A stretch of DNA of 57,796 bases, filler included, from Piptocephalis cylindrospora (GCA_003614145.1; 3 parts of 3 records of this genome joined end to end with filler, not necessarily neighbours in it), one strand, 5' to 3'; counted from the whole stretch's first letter, positions 1-12,862 are shown. Notes: generated by a model from the sequence alone, not told the origin. Translations and numbers: made by a program.

Positions 1-1660
1 TCCTCCCTCCGTCGTTGACCGCCTAAAAACCCATATCCCCCTGACCCAATGGGTAAAGACTTTGGGCCTTACGCATTCGTTCTCTGACGCGAAACCGCTC
101 ATCTAGATGAGGTCGAACATCATCACACCCGGCAATTTTCTCAAGGAACTGTAGAATGTCCAGGAGATGCTTATCCTGTTCATCATCATACCAGGACTGG
201 ATCGGGATACCATTGTCTACTTGATAAGAGAAGGCTGTGGAATGGGATGGGAAAAAGTGAGACTACATGACCTGGTGATAGGGAACGGCCTTACTCTCCT
301 TACCTTGAGGAGCATTATCGACGATAATGACCTTGCTCAGGTCCCTACCGAGAACCCGGAGATCTTTAAGGTAATTGCCTTCGGCAAAGACACAGCTATC
401 GCGGAAGAGGCGATGTTTAATGCACTTTTTCCCCGGATCCAATATATTAAGAAGACGGTCGGCATAGGCCTGTTGGGAGGCGGTAAAGACGACGACCTCG
501 AAGAGCTCAGCGCACTTTTTCAAGAAGGTTTCAGCAAAGGGCCGAATGTTGCCACTAACGTCAAACTTTTTGTTCTCATGCACTACGGGGAATCGTAGAG
601 TGGATCCGGGGATGGGGACGGTGGTACAATGTACCAAGGTCTCATCCAGGTCTAGTACCAGAGTAATTGGTTTTGTGGATCTGGTCTTTGGGGGAAGGGC
701 ATTTCGTCGACGTTGGTACTCATCCGGGACAACAGGAGGATTGGCCAATTGGTAAAAGCTGGGCGGAAGAGATGGATGAGTGAAGGGGAGGGGGGAAGAG
801 AGGAGTGGTCGTCTAGGGACTTACGAATGAATCTCTTCAATGCTCTCACTATGCATGGCCATGCTCATTCCCATAGTCTGATAATACATGCCGTTATCAG
901 CCACATCCATGTCTACATCCATCCCTTCAATATCCTGCATACCCGTGTCAGCCTGCTCATCATCAATAGTATCATCCGCCTTCTCCTCCCAGGATCCTTG
1001 GGTAAGGCCTATGTAATAATGGTATTATGAGTAGAAGAAGGGGGAGTGGAAGCAGAAATAGAGGGACTAGGAGGTCTCACCTGTTCCAACACGGTGCATC
1101 AGATTCAAAGCCGGGTTGATCAGGTGATGAACAATGGCTCCGGAGGCGGTTTCGGCAGAATCCGATGGGGTAGGAGGGGTAAAGGGTCTGGAGGAGGTTT
1201 CTCCCTCTTCATCCTCCTCTTCTCCGTCGCTTCCCATCATCATGTCGACAACTTGGACAATCCCATTGATATTATCTTCAGAGGGAATGGCGTGATCCTC
1301 ACTCCGAGTCCTTCTCGATGACCTAGCTGGCCTATCCATCCCGGACCCAAGGGGGGATCGGGGGGATGAAGGACGGGCCGAAGGAGACTTTTTCCGTTTG
1401 ACGGAAGCAATGAGTGGAGAGGAGCCCTGATCGGAAGAGGGATCCCCCCCCTCTATCTTGATCGGAACTTTTAGCCGGGGCCGAGATGCACGAGTGGCTA
1501 AAACTTGACCATCGATATTAGCGGATTCTGAGATGGAGGATATGACACCCTGTCCCCGACGACCCCTTCGTGGGGTAGGAGAGGGTGGTCGACTGCTCTT
1601 GCTTGGGAGAGTGCTATGGGCCTCGGGGACCGATTTTGTCCTTGAGCGTGTGTTTGGCAT
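1..1660 (-). CDS. CTD small phosphatase-like protein (FCP1/SCP, NIF domain; CTDSPL2-like), multi-exon, 3' end probably runs off the window
   Basis: HAD motif TLVLDLDETLVH, plus RPFAETFL, VFTASQQAYAD, RLFRDSC, YLKDLRVLGRDLSKVIIVDNAPQ and spliced AFSYQVDNGIPIQSWYDD. Long low-complexity N-terminus from ATG 1660. GT-AG introns join the ORFs in frame. Confidence 0.9.
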
Positions 1661-3484
1661 GGAGTGAGAAGGTAGAGAGAGAGAGAGACAAGGAGGCCGA
1701 GGAGGGAGATGAACGGCACAAATGCAAGCAGAGATGAAAAGATAATCGAGGCTTGGCAAAGCAGAAAGAACGTAACAAATGATGCAGGTGGGGAGGAGGG
1801 AGAGGGTACTTGACTATAATCAGAGATGGAGAGTGGAAGGAGAAATGGGGGACAGATGAGACAAGTGTCAACAAGCTTCGGTTTGGGGGTTTGAAAAAAG
1901 AGATCGAAGGGTCGAGTGTGAGTAAAGAGTGAGCGAGCTACGGTTGAGTGCCAGCCCAGGGTGCCCTGGGTCTGAGGGAGTAAGGAACAGGGGAGGTAGG
2001 AGGGTCAAGGGGGACCTCGATTGAGGAGGTGGAAGTGAGGTTGAAAAAAAGACCGAGCGGTAGGGAGGAGGAGGAGGAAGTGGAAGGAGGAAAGGGAGAC
2101 CCCAGGAGTGAGAGTGTGTGTGGCGTCTGATGAGGCTGTGCCTCTTGTGTCTGTGGCAAGCAGGCAAGCTCCGACAGCGGGGGGCGAACCTTTCTGAACG
2201 GAGTGCTCAGCCAATTAGAGAATGGGTTTTGCCCGAGAGAATCCTCTCCTTTTTCCGCATTCATGCACAAGAGCACAGACGGACCGATCCAGCCGAAGGA
2301 GGACACCTTCATACCCCGCTCGGTCTATGCACCAATGGATATCAAAGTAAAGTATCACGTGCTGCAATAGGATCAATATTTAATCATGTTATTCTCAATA
2401 CTATGGTTCTTATGGATGGAGATAATGCAGGTGGAGGAGATGGGCTCTCGATGACTGATCGGATGAATCATGGAGCGGGGATCTAGTGTAGCCTTTGCGA
2501 CGCTACGACTGAGGTCCATGGCGCGGCTCAGCCACTCACTTTTCTATAGATATGAATGAGAAAATTGGTCTTACTGAAAAGGCCTATGTAACCCAAGCTT
2601 GGTCATGAGCTGTTGATAGTACAGTCGAAATAACCATCTCATTTTTGCTCATGATCAGGGGACATTTATAGCAAAACCCGCTGAATGCCGCAGCCCATCC
2701 TTTTGTATCCATGAACACAATTTTCTCGATAGGAAAGACATTGTCCTCTCTGCCTGCCTTCTTCCTCAGACATGAGTGCTTCCAAAGATATGTATCAGAT
2801 ATGGCTCATCACCTTTTTATTCTCAGACATTCATTTCATATGTAGCCTGAGATACAACGCGAGATATACTGTCAGCCAGCCGAGTGGGAGAATGCACTGA
2901 GATTCATAATTAAGAAGAGTGTGATCATGGGGGGGGAGGGGGGGAAGAATCTATTGACATACTCGAATAATAATTACTCATTATTAACAGCATGAAAGAG
3001 CTTCCATTTTCACAACCGAATAGCGTATCCCGGATTTGTCAACTCATAATGACTTGGATCAGTGGGACCGTGATACCCTCTGCACACACTTTGATCCAAC
3101 TGTGTCATATGTCGTCATCCTGCCTTTGCAAGTTAAAGGGTGATTAACAAGCGCTAGAGGATTTTAGAAGTATGACTATGGTGGTATAGTCATCGTCATA
3201 CAAGAGCTCCCCAATCCAATTATCTTGATAATCTTCGTGCTCGGAAAGGGGCTATTGGGATGGAGAGTGGGGGATGAAGACACTGTCCTACCCTTGGTGC
3301 TACACAACCCTTTTTTCAGGAGAAGTGGTTGCTTCGTATATAAACGTTCAGCCCGTCGGGCTAAGTGGGACAACCGCACCTCCCTCTCTCCACCTTCCTT
3401 TCCTTTTATATCTTCCCTTGATCACAGCATATCGCACACGTTCAAGCACATACGATACCGCTTGCATTTTACATACACACACCG

Positions 3485-4936
3485 ATGAACCGAGTCAAGG
3501 CCTTTCAAAAAGAGGCCCGTAAGGCCTCGTCCACCCGTTCTTCCAAGCACTCATCTGCGCCTTTATCGAGACCACACTCCCGTCACTCCTCCGCCGCTTC
3601 CTCTAGAAACCACACTGTATCGGCGTCCGAGGAGGACGACTTTCCGGATGGAGAGAGTTGGCCAGAGGAGGGAGAAAGCTCCGAGGAGGATGACGAGGGC
3701 TTCTCCCCGGGATCGGGTGGCCCAGCCCTGCTGGATGGGACGAACTGGGAAGAACGGTTAAATCAAGCCCTGGAGGATCTAGGGGAAAAGAGAACGACAG
3801 TGCGCGAGGAGGCTCTTTCTCAACTTACCACTGTTCTGTGTCGTCGGTACACAGCCTCGGTCCTGGAATCGCAACAGGAGACAGTGGTAGATAGCTTGAA
3901 GCGATGTATTCAAAAAGGCAAGACGCAAAAGGAGGGGGTTGAGGCAGCCAAGGCCCTGTCCGTTGTCTACATCACCCTTGGACCTGATCTGGGCATGTAC
4001 GATGACCTATCTCTCCCGCTCAAGTATCAAATTAGTCATGCAAAGCGACCCGGTCTCCAACGGGCTCTCATCACCGCCCTCAGTATGATGTGCTATGTGG
4101 CGGGGGAGGGCTCGGTGGAGACCCAGGACCTCCTGGGCTTCCTCATGGGCTTGGCCCAGGGAGGGTCCAGAGCTTTGGATCCTTCGGTTCTCACGACTAT
4201 CTTGACCTCCTGGGGTTTTCTGCTGACGAGTCTAGAAGGTGAAGGTGGATCTTTACGGGATGTTTCCTGGGTAGAGGGCTCCCTTGAGGCACACAGGGCC
4301 TGGTTGGAGCATCCATCAACCGAGGTGCGCATTGCCGCAGGGGAGAACATCGCCCTGATTTTGGAGATGGCCACGATGATCGAGGAGGAGGATGAGGAAG
4401 GGGATGAGGCAGGAGTGGAGAGATGGGCCCGTGGACTGGATGTGATCCAGGATATCTTACCGATTTTGCACACCCTGACTCGCGAAAGTGCCAAGCACCG
4501 ATCCAAGAAGGAAAGAAGTATGCAAAAATCAGCTTTCCGGGAAGTCCTCGAGATGGTTGAGGAGGGCCAGGCCCCCACGGACCGGACGATCACATTTCAT
4601 GGCACGGTCTACCCGGTGGATACGTGGATAAAGGGTAAGAGACTCCAGGTATTCCGATCGGCCCTGGGCGAGGGGCTGACCGTACATGTGGGGGAGAATG
4701 AACTACTACTTGACATGCTGGGCCTGGCCGGTCAGGGAGAAGGTTCTCTTCCTCTCGGAAACGTCTCTGGGATCAGTGGGGATGACGGAAACGGAAGGGA
4801 AGGGCAGCACCAGCGCGTAATCCATGCTCCTGGATCCGAGGTGTCCAAGGCCCGAAGCCGGAATCGTCGGAAGGATCGGCACATTCGCGGGGCCAAACTT
4901 GGACTTGGTGATGTTGATGGGGAGGATGCAGAATGA
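3485..4936 (+). CDS. Interferon-related developmental regulator (IFRD) family ARM-repeat protein
   Basis: 483-aa intronless ORF with LEDLGEKRTTVREEAL, VRIAAGENIALILE and ESAKHRSKKERSMQKSAFREVL, all typical of the IFRD family. Confidence 0.85.
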   Translation: MNRVKAFQKEARKASSTRSSKHSSAPLSRPHSRHSSAASSRNHTVSASEEDDFPDGESWPEEGESSEEDDEGFSPGSGGPALLDGTNWEERLNQALEDLGEKRTTVREEALSQLTTVLCRRYTASVLESQQETVVDSLKRCIQKGKTQKEGVEAAKALSVVYITLGPDLGMYDDLSLPLKYQISHAKRPGLQRALITALSMMCYVAGEGSVETQDLLGFLMGLAQGGSRALDPSVLTTILTSWGFLLTSLEGEGGSLRDVSWVEGSLEAHRAWLEHPSTEVRIAAGENIALILEMATMIEEEDEEGDEAGVERWARGLDVIQDILPILHTLTRESAKHRSKKERSMQKSAFREVLEMVEEGQAPTDRTITFHGTVYPVDTWIKGKRLQVFRSALGEGLTVHVGENELLLDMLGLAGQGEGSLPLGNVSGISGDDGNGREGQHQRVIHAPGSEVSKARSRNRRKDRHIRGAKLGLGDVDGEDAE

Positions 4937-5089
4937 GAGGGGGAAAGAATGTGGGAGAGAGGGATAAACCATTATATTTGTATGTCTTTTTGAATGATAG
5001 ATTTCATCGAGCACCTCCTCCCACCCACAAACATATAGTTTTTCCCTTAAGAGCAGGATGAGAGAATGACCATGGTAGATGCTACCTTC

Positions 5090-6773
5090 TCAAAAGGAAA
5101 CAGCTTTTTTGGCCATATCTAAGGCCCCGCTCTCTGTGGCATTTCCACCGATGAAGCCACTGTGATGGACAAAGACGCCTCCAGGGACACCGGATTTTTC
5201 ACTGAGCTCCTCATCCCGGTAACCTCTCCATCTATACAGAATGAATGTAAGGGTGAGCGGGAAACATAGGGTAGAGGAAATGGGGAAGAAACGTACGGCT
5301 CAGGAAGGGCCTTGCGTAGCTCAAAGGAGTCAACTTGAAGGGGGACTCCCTGGATTCTCCATTGACCAGCGCGATCATCTGGAAATATAGCGTAGAGGGG
5401 ACGGGCATCTTCAGGAATACCTAAGTCCTCTTCAAGATCAAAAAGATGTTCCTGGCGAAGAATGGATGATTTAGTATTCATGGCTGCTCCGCAAATGTAG
5501 TGAAACAGGAAGAAAACCCACCTTCCAGGGGCAAGGGCTCTCGAGACGAAGGATTCGACCGGATGGGTCCACTTGGTTGCGGGATTCCAAGGCACGGAGA
5601 ACAATGTCGCGTGCTGGAAGCCAAGCCTTTCCAAGAAAGTGAATACGATCGAGGAAGTCAGCCCCGGCTAATTCCATGGCCTTTGCAAACCTGGCCTATA
5701 TTGAAACAGTGAGAAAGAGACTGATAGAGTAAATAGGAGATCTCAAGACTTACGTCGACATCAATGTCTATCTGGTTCCACCATGGGTTCAAGCGGGAGA
5801 CACGAGAGGGAAGGTGAGTATGGTCGGTATAGGCGGCTTCAACGTCGCTTGGGTACTGGGGAACTCCGTTGTCATTTCCATCAAGAGCCTCGATGAAAGA
5901 CTGAGGAGGATGGGAGGAGGCAAAGGTGAGATGAGATCATAAACGGATAGATAAGAAAGATATTACATCATAGATTTTTTGATAGAGCGTCTCGGTCTTG
6001 GGATCCTCAAGGGGAAGGCCCAATTCCTTGGCCACCACTCTCTTTCCGTAGTGCCTAGTGGGAAAGAGGGTGTATTAGAGATGGTCTGGCCAGCGACTGA
6101 AGCAAAAGCATGTACTTGTAAATAAGACCTGCGGAGCTCAGTTTGATGGAGTGCTTCTCATCAAAAGTCTCCTCAAAGCCGCGCTATAAGGGTGGGTGGG
6201 TGGGTGAGATGACCATGGGACCATTTTTCCCGTGAGATCCCCTAGATCCAGTACCTGGTGATGATCGAAGCGAAGCTTGGAAAAGTCATACTCTCCCCCC
6301 ACATCAACCACCACGTCGCACTCGGCAAGTTTAGCTGTATCCCGAGTGCGGATAATTTCTATAGGTGAGGTTTTCTGAAATTTGAGTGTACTGACTTTTC
6401 ATTGGTACGGTAACCTCACCCTCCTAAAACGATCTTACCAGCGCTTTGAAATTCCTCTAGACGCTTTAGCATAAATAAAGCCAAAGCCTCGTCACTAAGG
6501 AGGGAGGGGGAGAGAGGATGAGCTGGTGTCTTCTGCCTTGGACATTCTTCAGCACACCTACCAATGGAAAGTACCACTGTGGGTACCAATAACAAGAGGC
6601 TGCTTTCGTTTGAGGTCCTCGGGGGCAGACATGGTGGTATAGAGAGCAGAGCGGGCAGAGTAGAAAGGGGACGGGCGGACGGAAAGTCGGACGGGATGAG
6701 AAAGGACTGGACGACTGGGACGGGAGCGTAGTGGTAAGGAAAGAAGCGCTCGGCGTATGGGGGTAAAAAGCAT
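5090..6773 (-). CDS. MYG1: MYG1 family (UPF0160) metal-dependent hydrolase/exonuclease, multi-exon
   Basis: Spliced motifs [75 protein letters not shown] and [11 protein letters not shown]. Confidence 0.93.
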
Positions 6774-6991
6774 AGAAGTGGGATTGGAAGACGCGTGTTG
6801 AGTTCAGAACGGAGTATTGCTTTTTTTCAATGTTATTTATGGTTGTGCATTGACTGATGACCTGCTACAGTTGCTAGAGACCCGGACATATTGTGGTAAA
6901 TTGTATGCATTGGCACTTCTTAGTATCAAAAAAGAAAAAAGGTAGATGGTAAATGTAGTAAGCTTCAATGAAACAGCTTGTACAAGGCCAC

Positions 6992-7876
6992 TCATTTCCC
7001 CTTGGATGCAGGCTGCCAAAGATCAAAAGATAGGGGGCCGGGATCACTTGAGCGTTGGATGGCCTCTTGGACATGACGTAAAATATCTGTGTGGACAGTT
7101 GGGATATCTCTTGCTGCCTCTATCAGCTGAAAGGAGGAGATGAGAAATATGATTTGGTTTACTTTTTTTTAAAAGCTCTCATACTCACCTTCCAGTCTTG
7201 ATGGGTGGATAGGTCATGGAAGCATGACCGAACACGCTCTTGAAAATCAACGCGTTCATATCTCTCTTCTCCCCAGCCATCTCGATTGGCTGCAATGGAG
7301 ATGGGCTGATCAAGGAGAAGGACTAGGTCAGGCCGTAGTAGACCCCGATCTGGATCCCGGCACCAATCTAGAGGGAGTCCCTTGGCCACCGAATAGGCAA
7401 TTCCCGAGGCCGAGTACCGATCAACAATGATATGAGTCCCTTCCATCAGGGTACGCTTCATTTCTTGCCTATATACAGGTGTGGGGCATGAATAATGATG
7501 TTGTGGTTTAGGTTTGTGATCACGGTATCCTCGATTCGCTCTCCACTTACACGGCCTCCCATCGATTAGCGGAAAAAAGGAGGTGGATGGCTCGGTCTTC
7601 CAGGTTCAACGCCGAGGAGAGGTATCCGTCAATGGCCTTTCCGACCGTGGTGGATCGATCTGTCGGGGACGTATCGTTCAATGCACCGTGCTTTCACTCT
7701 TCATTTCTCCCTCTTTCTCTCTCTCTTCCTATTCACATACCAGGAAAGCGTTTGGAGGTCACGGGATGCTCAAGTTTGCTCAAGGCTTCCTTGAGGAGCG
7801 CGACCTGAGTGGTCTTTCCCGTTCGGTCACAGCCTTCGAGTAGGATAAACAAGCCACGTCTTGGAGCCAAAGTCAT
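6992..7876 (-). CDS. CDC8: Thymidylate (dTMP) kinase, multi-exon
   Basis: RGLFILLEGCDRTGKTTQ (P-loop), FPDRSTTVG, HLLFSANRWE, IIVDRYSASGIAYS and GEERYE. Confidence 0.93.
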
Positions 7877-8188
7877 GGGTGCGGATGGGTGTGGGGGAGG
7901 GGATAAGCTGTGAGTTTGTACCTTGAATCAAGAGGAGATAAAAGGAAAGGGACACGTATTGTCCCTACCCTATCTCACAAACATCGCATGCTTGATTTCA
8001 GGGGTCCGCTTCACGACTCAATTCTCAATCGCAGTATTATTATTGATGTTATTAAATCATGCTCAGCCGATCTGTACCGATGTATCCTTCTATGTAACAT
8101 TACCGTATTAATCATGCCCTCAACAAACATTAAAATATATGTTGTTAATGGTAAGAACATCCGCATCACACATCCTCCTATCAGCATT

Positions 8189-8590
8189 TTATTTCGACTT
8201 TTTCTTTCCAGAGGTGGATTCTACTTCCATATCACTGTCAAAGGTATCCAGTCCCTCCAGGTCATCCATCTCACCAAATTTTTCTGTAAAGCGCATCAAG
8301 CGCCCACTTTCGTCATCCAATCCCGTCTTCATCTCTGGGTTCCATAGAGGATGGTTCCTGGGGTCCTTGGTCAGCTGAAGCAAGGGACGAGGCGAAGTGG
8401 TTCGGAAGGTGGCAGAGGACCCGTCGGTCAGGACCACGGTCTGGTTGAACATTTGTGGGAGTAGGTCATTACCACTGGGGCCACTGGAAGTTTTTGCTGC
8501 CCTACAGGCACGAGTGGCTGTGGTGAAGGAAGCCCGGGAGGAAAGAGAGATGGCCCAGTAGCTGAAGTTTCTTGCAGTTGCGACGTGCAT
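8189..8590 (-). CDS. MRPL36: Mitochondrial ribosomal protein bL31m (MRPL36-like)
   Basis: Presequence-like N-terminus, then FNQTVVLTDGSS...TTSPRPLLQLTKDPRNHPLWNP...DDESGRLMRFTEKFG. Confidence 0.8.
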   Translation of the reverse strand: MHVATARNFSYWAISLSSRASFTTATRACRAAKTSSGPSGNDLLPQMFNQTVVLTDGSSATFRTTSPRPLLQLTKDPRNHPLWNPEMKTGLDDESGRLMRFTEKFGEMDDLEGLDTFDSDMEVESTSGKKKSK

Positions 8591-8964
8591 GGTGTACGAT
8601 GAGACAGGGAGGATGGATGGGGCGCAGAGAAGATGCTCGACCCAAGAGGAAACGCGACTGGGTTCAGGATGTTCTTTTCTTCCTCTGTCAATGCACACAG
8701 GACTAATTCCTGCTGGTTAAAAAAAGGCGATGAAAGTGGACCAATTTTAAAATGGATTTGTTGTGGTTTTTGCCCTTTGTACAGGAGAGAGAGGGCTCTG
8801 CAACCTACCGCCAGGATGCGGGCCGGTAAGAGGGAAACAGCCGCGCACCTTGCCCTCTCTCCCAGTGTCGCACCTACAACGATTCGTACCTAGGAAGATT
8901 GAGTCTCCACACACACACTCGCCTTTCCTCTATCTCTTTCCTCTTCTGCCATCCCCTTATCACC

Positions 8965-9900
8965 ATGTCCCTGCTTCGATCAGCCCTACGACCTTCCCTG
9001 GCCCTCTCTCGTCGTAAGTAGACTGGGTATCGTCTTCACGGAGAATCCTAGACTTACTCCTCTAACCTTATAGGCTGGGCTACGACCTCTGGGTCCACCA
9101 CCGCTCGGCTTTTCTCCACCACCACCCGTCTTCAGGCCTGTTAGTATCTTTCCCTTGTTTGGTTAACATATTTTCACTCGCTCACAGACTCTTTCCTCCC
9201 TGAAGCCAAGGACCTAGAGGAGATGAAGGCCAAAGCAGACCCGGAACTTCGATCCCCCAATGCTCATGTTCATGAGTATGGAAGATACCTTTTGGCTTGT
9301 CTCCCCAAGTTCATCCAGTCCTACTCAGTGTACCAAGATGAGCTGACCATTCACACGGCGCCCTCAGGCCTTCTTCCCGTTCTTCGCTTCCTCCGCGACC
9401 ATACAGCCTCTCAGTACAAACAGGACCAGGATGTGTGTGGGGCGGATTACCCTCACAGGGAGTATCGGTTTGAGGTGGTCCATCATCTCCTGTCCGTCCG
9501 ACACAACGCTCGCATCCGCGTCAAGACATACACGGACGAGGTGACTCCCGTTCCCAGCGCGGCCGACCTCTTCTCCGGGGCCAATTGGTTTGAACGCGAG
9601 GCCTGGGATATGTATGGTATCTACTTTGATGGCCATCCCGACCTCCGTCGTATCCTCACCGATTACGGCTTCGAAGGTTTCCCCCTCCGCAAGGACTTTC
9701 CCCTCACTGGGTACACCGAGGTACGGTACGATGAGGAGAAGAAGCGTGTTGTCTCTGAGCCTCTCCAGCTTGCTCAGGCCTTCCGGGACTTTAACTACAA
9801 CTCGGCCTGGGAGACCGTGGGCACTGGCCGAGATGAGTCGGTTCATCCCCATGCTGTCGATGCCGCCAAGCCCGATGGTAATGTTGAACCCAAGGCATGA
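8965..9900 (+). CDS. NDUFS3: NADH:ubiquinone oxidoreductase 30 kDa subunit (complex I), 2 introns
   Basis: Presequence split over exon 1 (8965-9013) and exon 2 (from 9074). Core motif [58 protein letters not shown]. Confidence 0.96.
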
Positions 9901-10873
9901 GTGCTGAACAAAAGGGCGAGATCAGATAGGAAGGGTGAATGAGAGAATGAAGAGGGTGAATGAATGATACAGTTTATGTGAGGTATACATTGGTAGGATT
10001 CTAACCTCTCGATGTCATCTGGAACAAAGAGCGGACCGGATGAAGGTCATTCTTCATTGCATACGCATGCGATATCTATGCGATAAGTGATGTCCATTAA
10101 CAGTAGTCTTACCGTTTTCTTCCTTCTATATCCCAAGTAGCCGGCTAGCCTAGTCGACCAGCCCGCCTCAAGTACACATGCTCTGACAAGCCAGCCCCCT
10201 CCTCCACGGAATACTCGTGATGGTAACAACAACAATAATAATAATACTCTTCTGACCACTATTCTTAAAGCTAAGGTTGATAGCCGTGACAAGAATAGGC
10301 TCTCAAGCTCAGTCAGGGGGCTTCTCCAATGCCATTTACAGTGGTCCTCTGCCTCAGCCAATCCCTATCCCAATCATCACTAATGCTCTAGTGAATGGCG
10401 GAGCGGTCATTGAATCACACCCGGGTATTCAGAGAACGCGACACTGAGGCTTGGTTTACCCCCTGTCCTTTCTAAATACACACCTACCACCACAGTTAGG
10501 GTATAAAGATCAGTCAGGGGTTGAACAGGCCTGCTCCATTCACCCCCTCGTCTTTTCCTTTACCTTTACCTTCACCCCTCCCACTCCCATTCCTCTTGTT
10601 CTTTTCCTTTTACCATTTCCTCTCGAGGTATCTACACCTCTCCAGCCTCTCACCCTCTCTACTCAATCCTCCTCTTCCACCACAGGATCTCAAGCTGCTC
10701 GTCCTTGCCTGACCTTCGTCTTCCTTCACTCGTTGTGACACTTTTTCGGTATCTACACGCCCATCTCCCTGCCTCCTCTTCCTCTTGACGATCACTACTT
10801 CCTCATCCAGGGACTCTCTCTTGCTTCTTTTTGATCCACGGTGGAATTTCCCTCGACATTTTAGCCTCTTGTC

Positions 10874-12397
10874 ATGACACAATTCACTTCCTTCTTCCCT
10901 ACCCTCGCCCTCCTCTCTCTTTGGAGTCAAGGAGCTACGGCCAACCTCTTTGCTCCTTCTGTCCTTCGTCATACGGTTTCCCCATTGGCGGAGGTCAATG
11001 TGACGGGCCTCGCCCACCTAGATGAATGGGTGGACACCATGTACAATGTGTCCATCAGGGCTACCCTCGATGCCATCTCCCCTCCGGGAGGGGCCATAGG
11101 CGCTATCATGGCCTCTCCCTCCAAAAACCACCCAGACTACTTTTATCACTGGATCCGGGATTCTGCCGTTACCATGGATGCTCTGGCCACCCTCTTAAAT
11201 GATGCTCGCACTCCATCTGAACGCACTGAGTGGATCCGGGTCCTGGGGGACTGCGCTGCTTTCTCCGCTTCCTTACAACGGGCCACTGGTCCTTTTACCT
11301 CTTTGGGTGAACCCAAGTGGAATATGGATGGATCTCCCTTTACCTTGGACTGGGGTCGGCCCCAGAATGATGGCCCGGCCTCCCGGGCCTCAGCCCTTAC
11401 CAAATTCGCCCAGTTTCTCAACCATCAGTACATCAATACCACCCACCTCTATGATCCCAATAACCCCAACTCCCGCGCCGCGATTCAGGTTGATCTGGAA
11501 TATGTGGTACGCCACTGGCGAGAGCCCTCCTATGACATCTGGGAGGAAGTGGCCGGCACCCACTTTTACACCCTCATGGCTCAAAGGCGTGCCCTGCTCG
11601 ATGGAGCCCTGATAGCCGAGAAACTGGAAGATTTCTCGAGTGCGGCACGGTACACGACCCAAGCCAAAGCCATGGACCCCATCATCCGAACCTTTTGGGA
11701 TCCCAAACTCGGGTACCTCCGTACTACCCTGAACCGTACCGCTGGACTAGACTATAAAACCTCCAACTTGGACGTCCAAGTCATCCTTGCCTCTTTGCAC
11801 GCCTCATTGAGCCATGACGCTTTTATGGTCCCGGAGAGTGATGAGATCATCTCCACCCTCGTTGCCCTCATTATCCGTTTTACTCCCCTCTATCCCATCA
11901 ATCGGGTCCGTGAGGCCCCTGGCGCCCCCGGAGACGCACTGGCTCCTGGGATCGGAAGGTATCCCGAGGATAAGTATAATGGCTATGATTCCAAGGGCCA
12001 AGGCAACCCCTGGATGCTCACCACTACCGCCATGGCCGAGACCCTTTATCGCATACGGCAAGCATGGCAACGCGCCGGTAGAATCCCATTGACTCCGGCC
12101 ACCCGTCGTCTCCTCTCCTATCTCTCCAATCAAACGGATGTAGAGATAGTGGGGATGGGTGAGTGGGATGAAATTCAAAAGGGAAAAGATCCCCGATGGG
12201 AAGGTTATCTCAATGCTCTCAAGGATCTCGGCGATGCCTTTCTCCGACGTGTTCGGTACCATTCACCCAAGGATCTAGCCCAATCAGAGCAGTGGAACCG
12301 ACACACCGGCTTCCAACAGGGAGCGCCTCATCTCACCTGGAGTCACGTATCTTTTCTTTCCGCTATTCGTGTCCGTCGACACATTGTTCCTCTCTAA
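10874..12397 (+). CDS. Secreted glucoamylase (GH15), catalytic domain only
   Basis: Signal peptide, then ASPSKNHPDYFYHWIRDSA, LGEPKWN, WGRPQNDGPASRA, DIWEEV, GRYPEDKYNG, GNPW, SEQ and LTWS. No obvious starch-binding domain. Intronless. Confidence 0.95.
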   Translation: MTQFTSFFPTLALLSLWSQGATANLFAPSVLRHTVSPLAEVNVTGLAHLDEWVDTMYNVSIRATLDAISPPGGAIGAIMASPSKNHPDYFYHWIRDSAVTMDALATLLNDARTPSERTEWIRVLGDCAAFSASLQRATGPFTSLGEPKWNMDGSPFTLDWGRPQNDGPASRASALTKFAQFLNHQYINTTHLYDPNNPNSRAAIQVDLEYVVRHWREPSYDIWEEVAGTHFYTLMAQRRALLDGALIAEKLEDFSSAARYTTQAKAMDPIIRTFWDPKLGYLRTTLNRTAGLDYKTSNLDVQVILASLHASLSHDAFMVPESDEIISTLVALIIRFTPLYPINRVREAPGAPGDALAPGIGRYPEDKYNGYDSKGQGNPWMLTTTAMAETLYRIRQAWQRAGRIPLTPATRRLLSYLSNQTDVEIVGMGEWDEIQKGKDPRWEGYLNALKDLGDAFLRRVRYHSPKDLAQSEQWNRHTGFQQGAPHLTWSHVSFLSAIRVRRHIVPL

Positions 12398-12457
12398 CTA
12401 TGTGAGATGAAGAGAGGGAAAGGACGGAAATAGAGATAAATAGGATAGTAATACTGC

Positions 12458-12862
12458 CTACCTATATATCTGTACGCTTTGAGAGAAAAGAAGAGATGTA
12501 TTGTAAAACGAGAGAGAGACGGAGAAAAAGGTGGGGGGTTGGGAGGGAAGGGACAAGGCGTAAAAGTCGACGATGCCAGCGCTCAAGGCGACAGTCAGGT
12601 CGGCGTCTGTCTCTAGAAGCTGGAATGCTCCTTGAGGTCCAGTTTCGGCAGAAAGATGAACACTCCCCTGGGATGACCACTTTTCTTGCATATGGGGTGG
12701 AAGAACACGGCCGAGATCCTGAATGACTTGGGATAGGGTTGGGATCTGGATGAGGATGGGTGTAGTGGCCCCCTCATAAGTGACGCGGATGAGCTGGGGG
12801 GGCATGGTATTGGGGATGGTTTCGGGGGACATGGTATCGGTCGAGAGAGTAGATGGGGTCAT
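12458..12862 (-). CDS. Hypothetical protein, possibly with a divergent PB1-like domain
   Basis: 134-aa ORF with a plausible ATG context. LLETDADLTVAL resembles the acidic PB1 motif. Confidence 0.4.
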   Translation of the reverse strand: MTPSTLSTDTMSPETIPNTMPPQLIRVTYEGATTPILIQIPTLSQVIQDLGRVLPPHMQEKWSSQGSVHLSAETGPQGAFQLLETDADLTVALSAGIVDFYALSLPSQPPTFFSVSLSFYNTSLLFSQSVQIYR

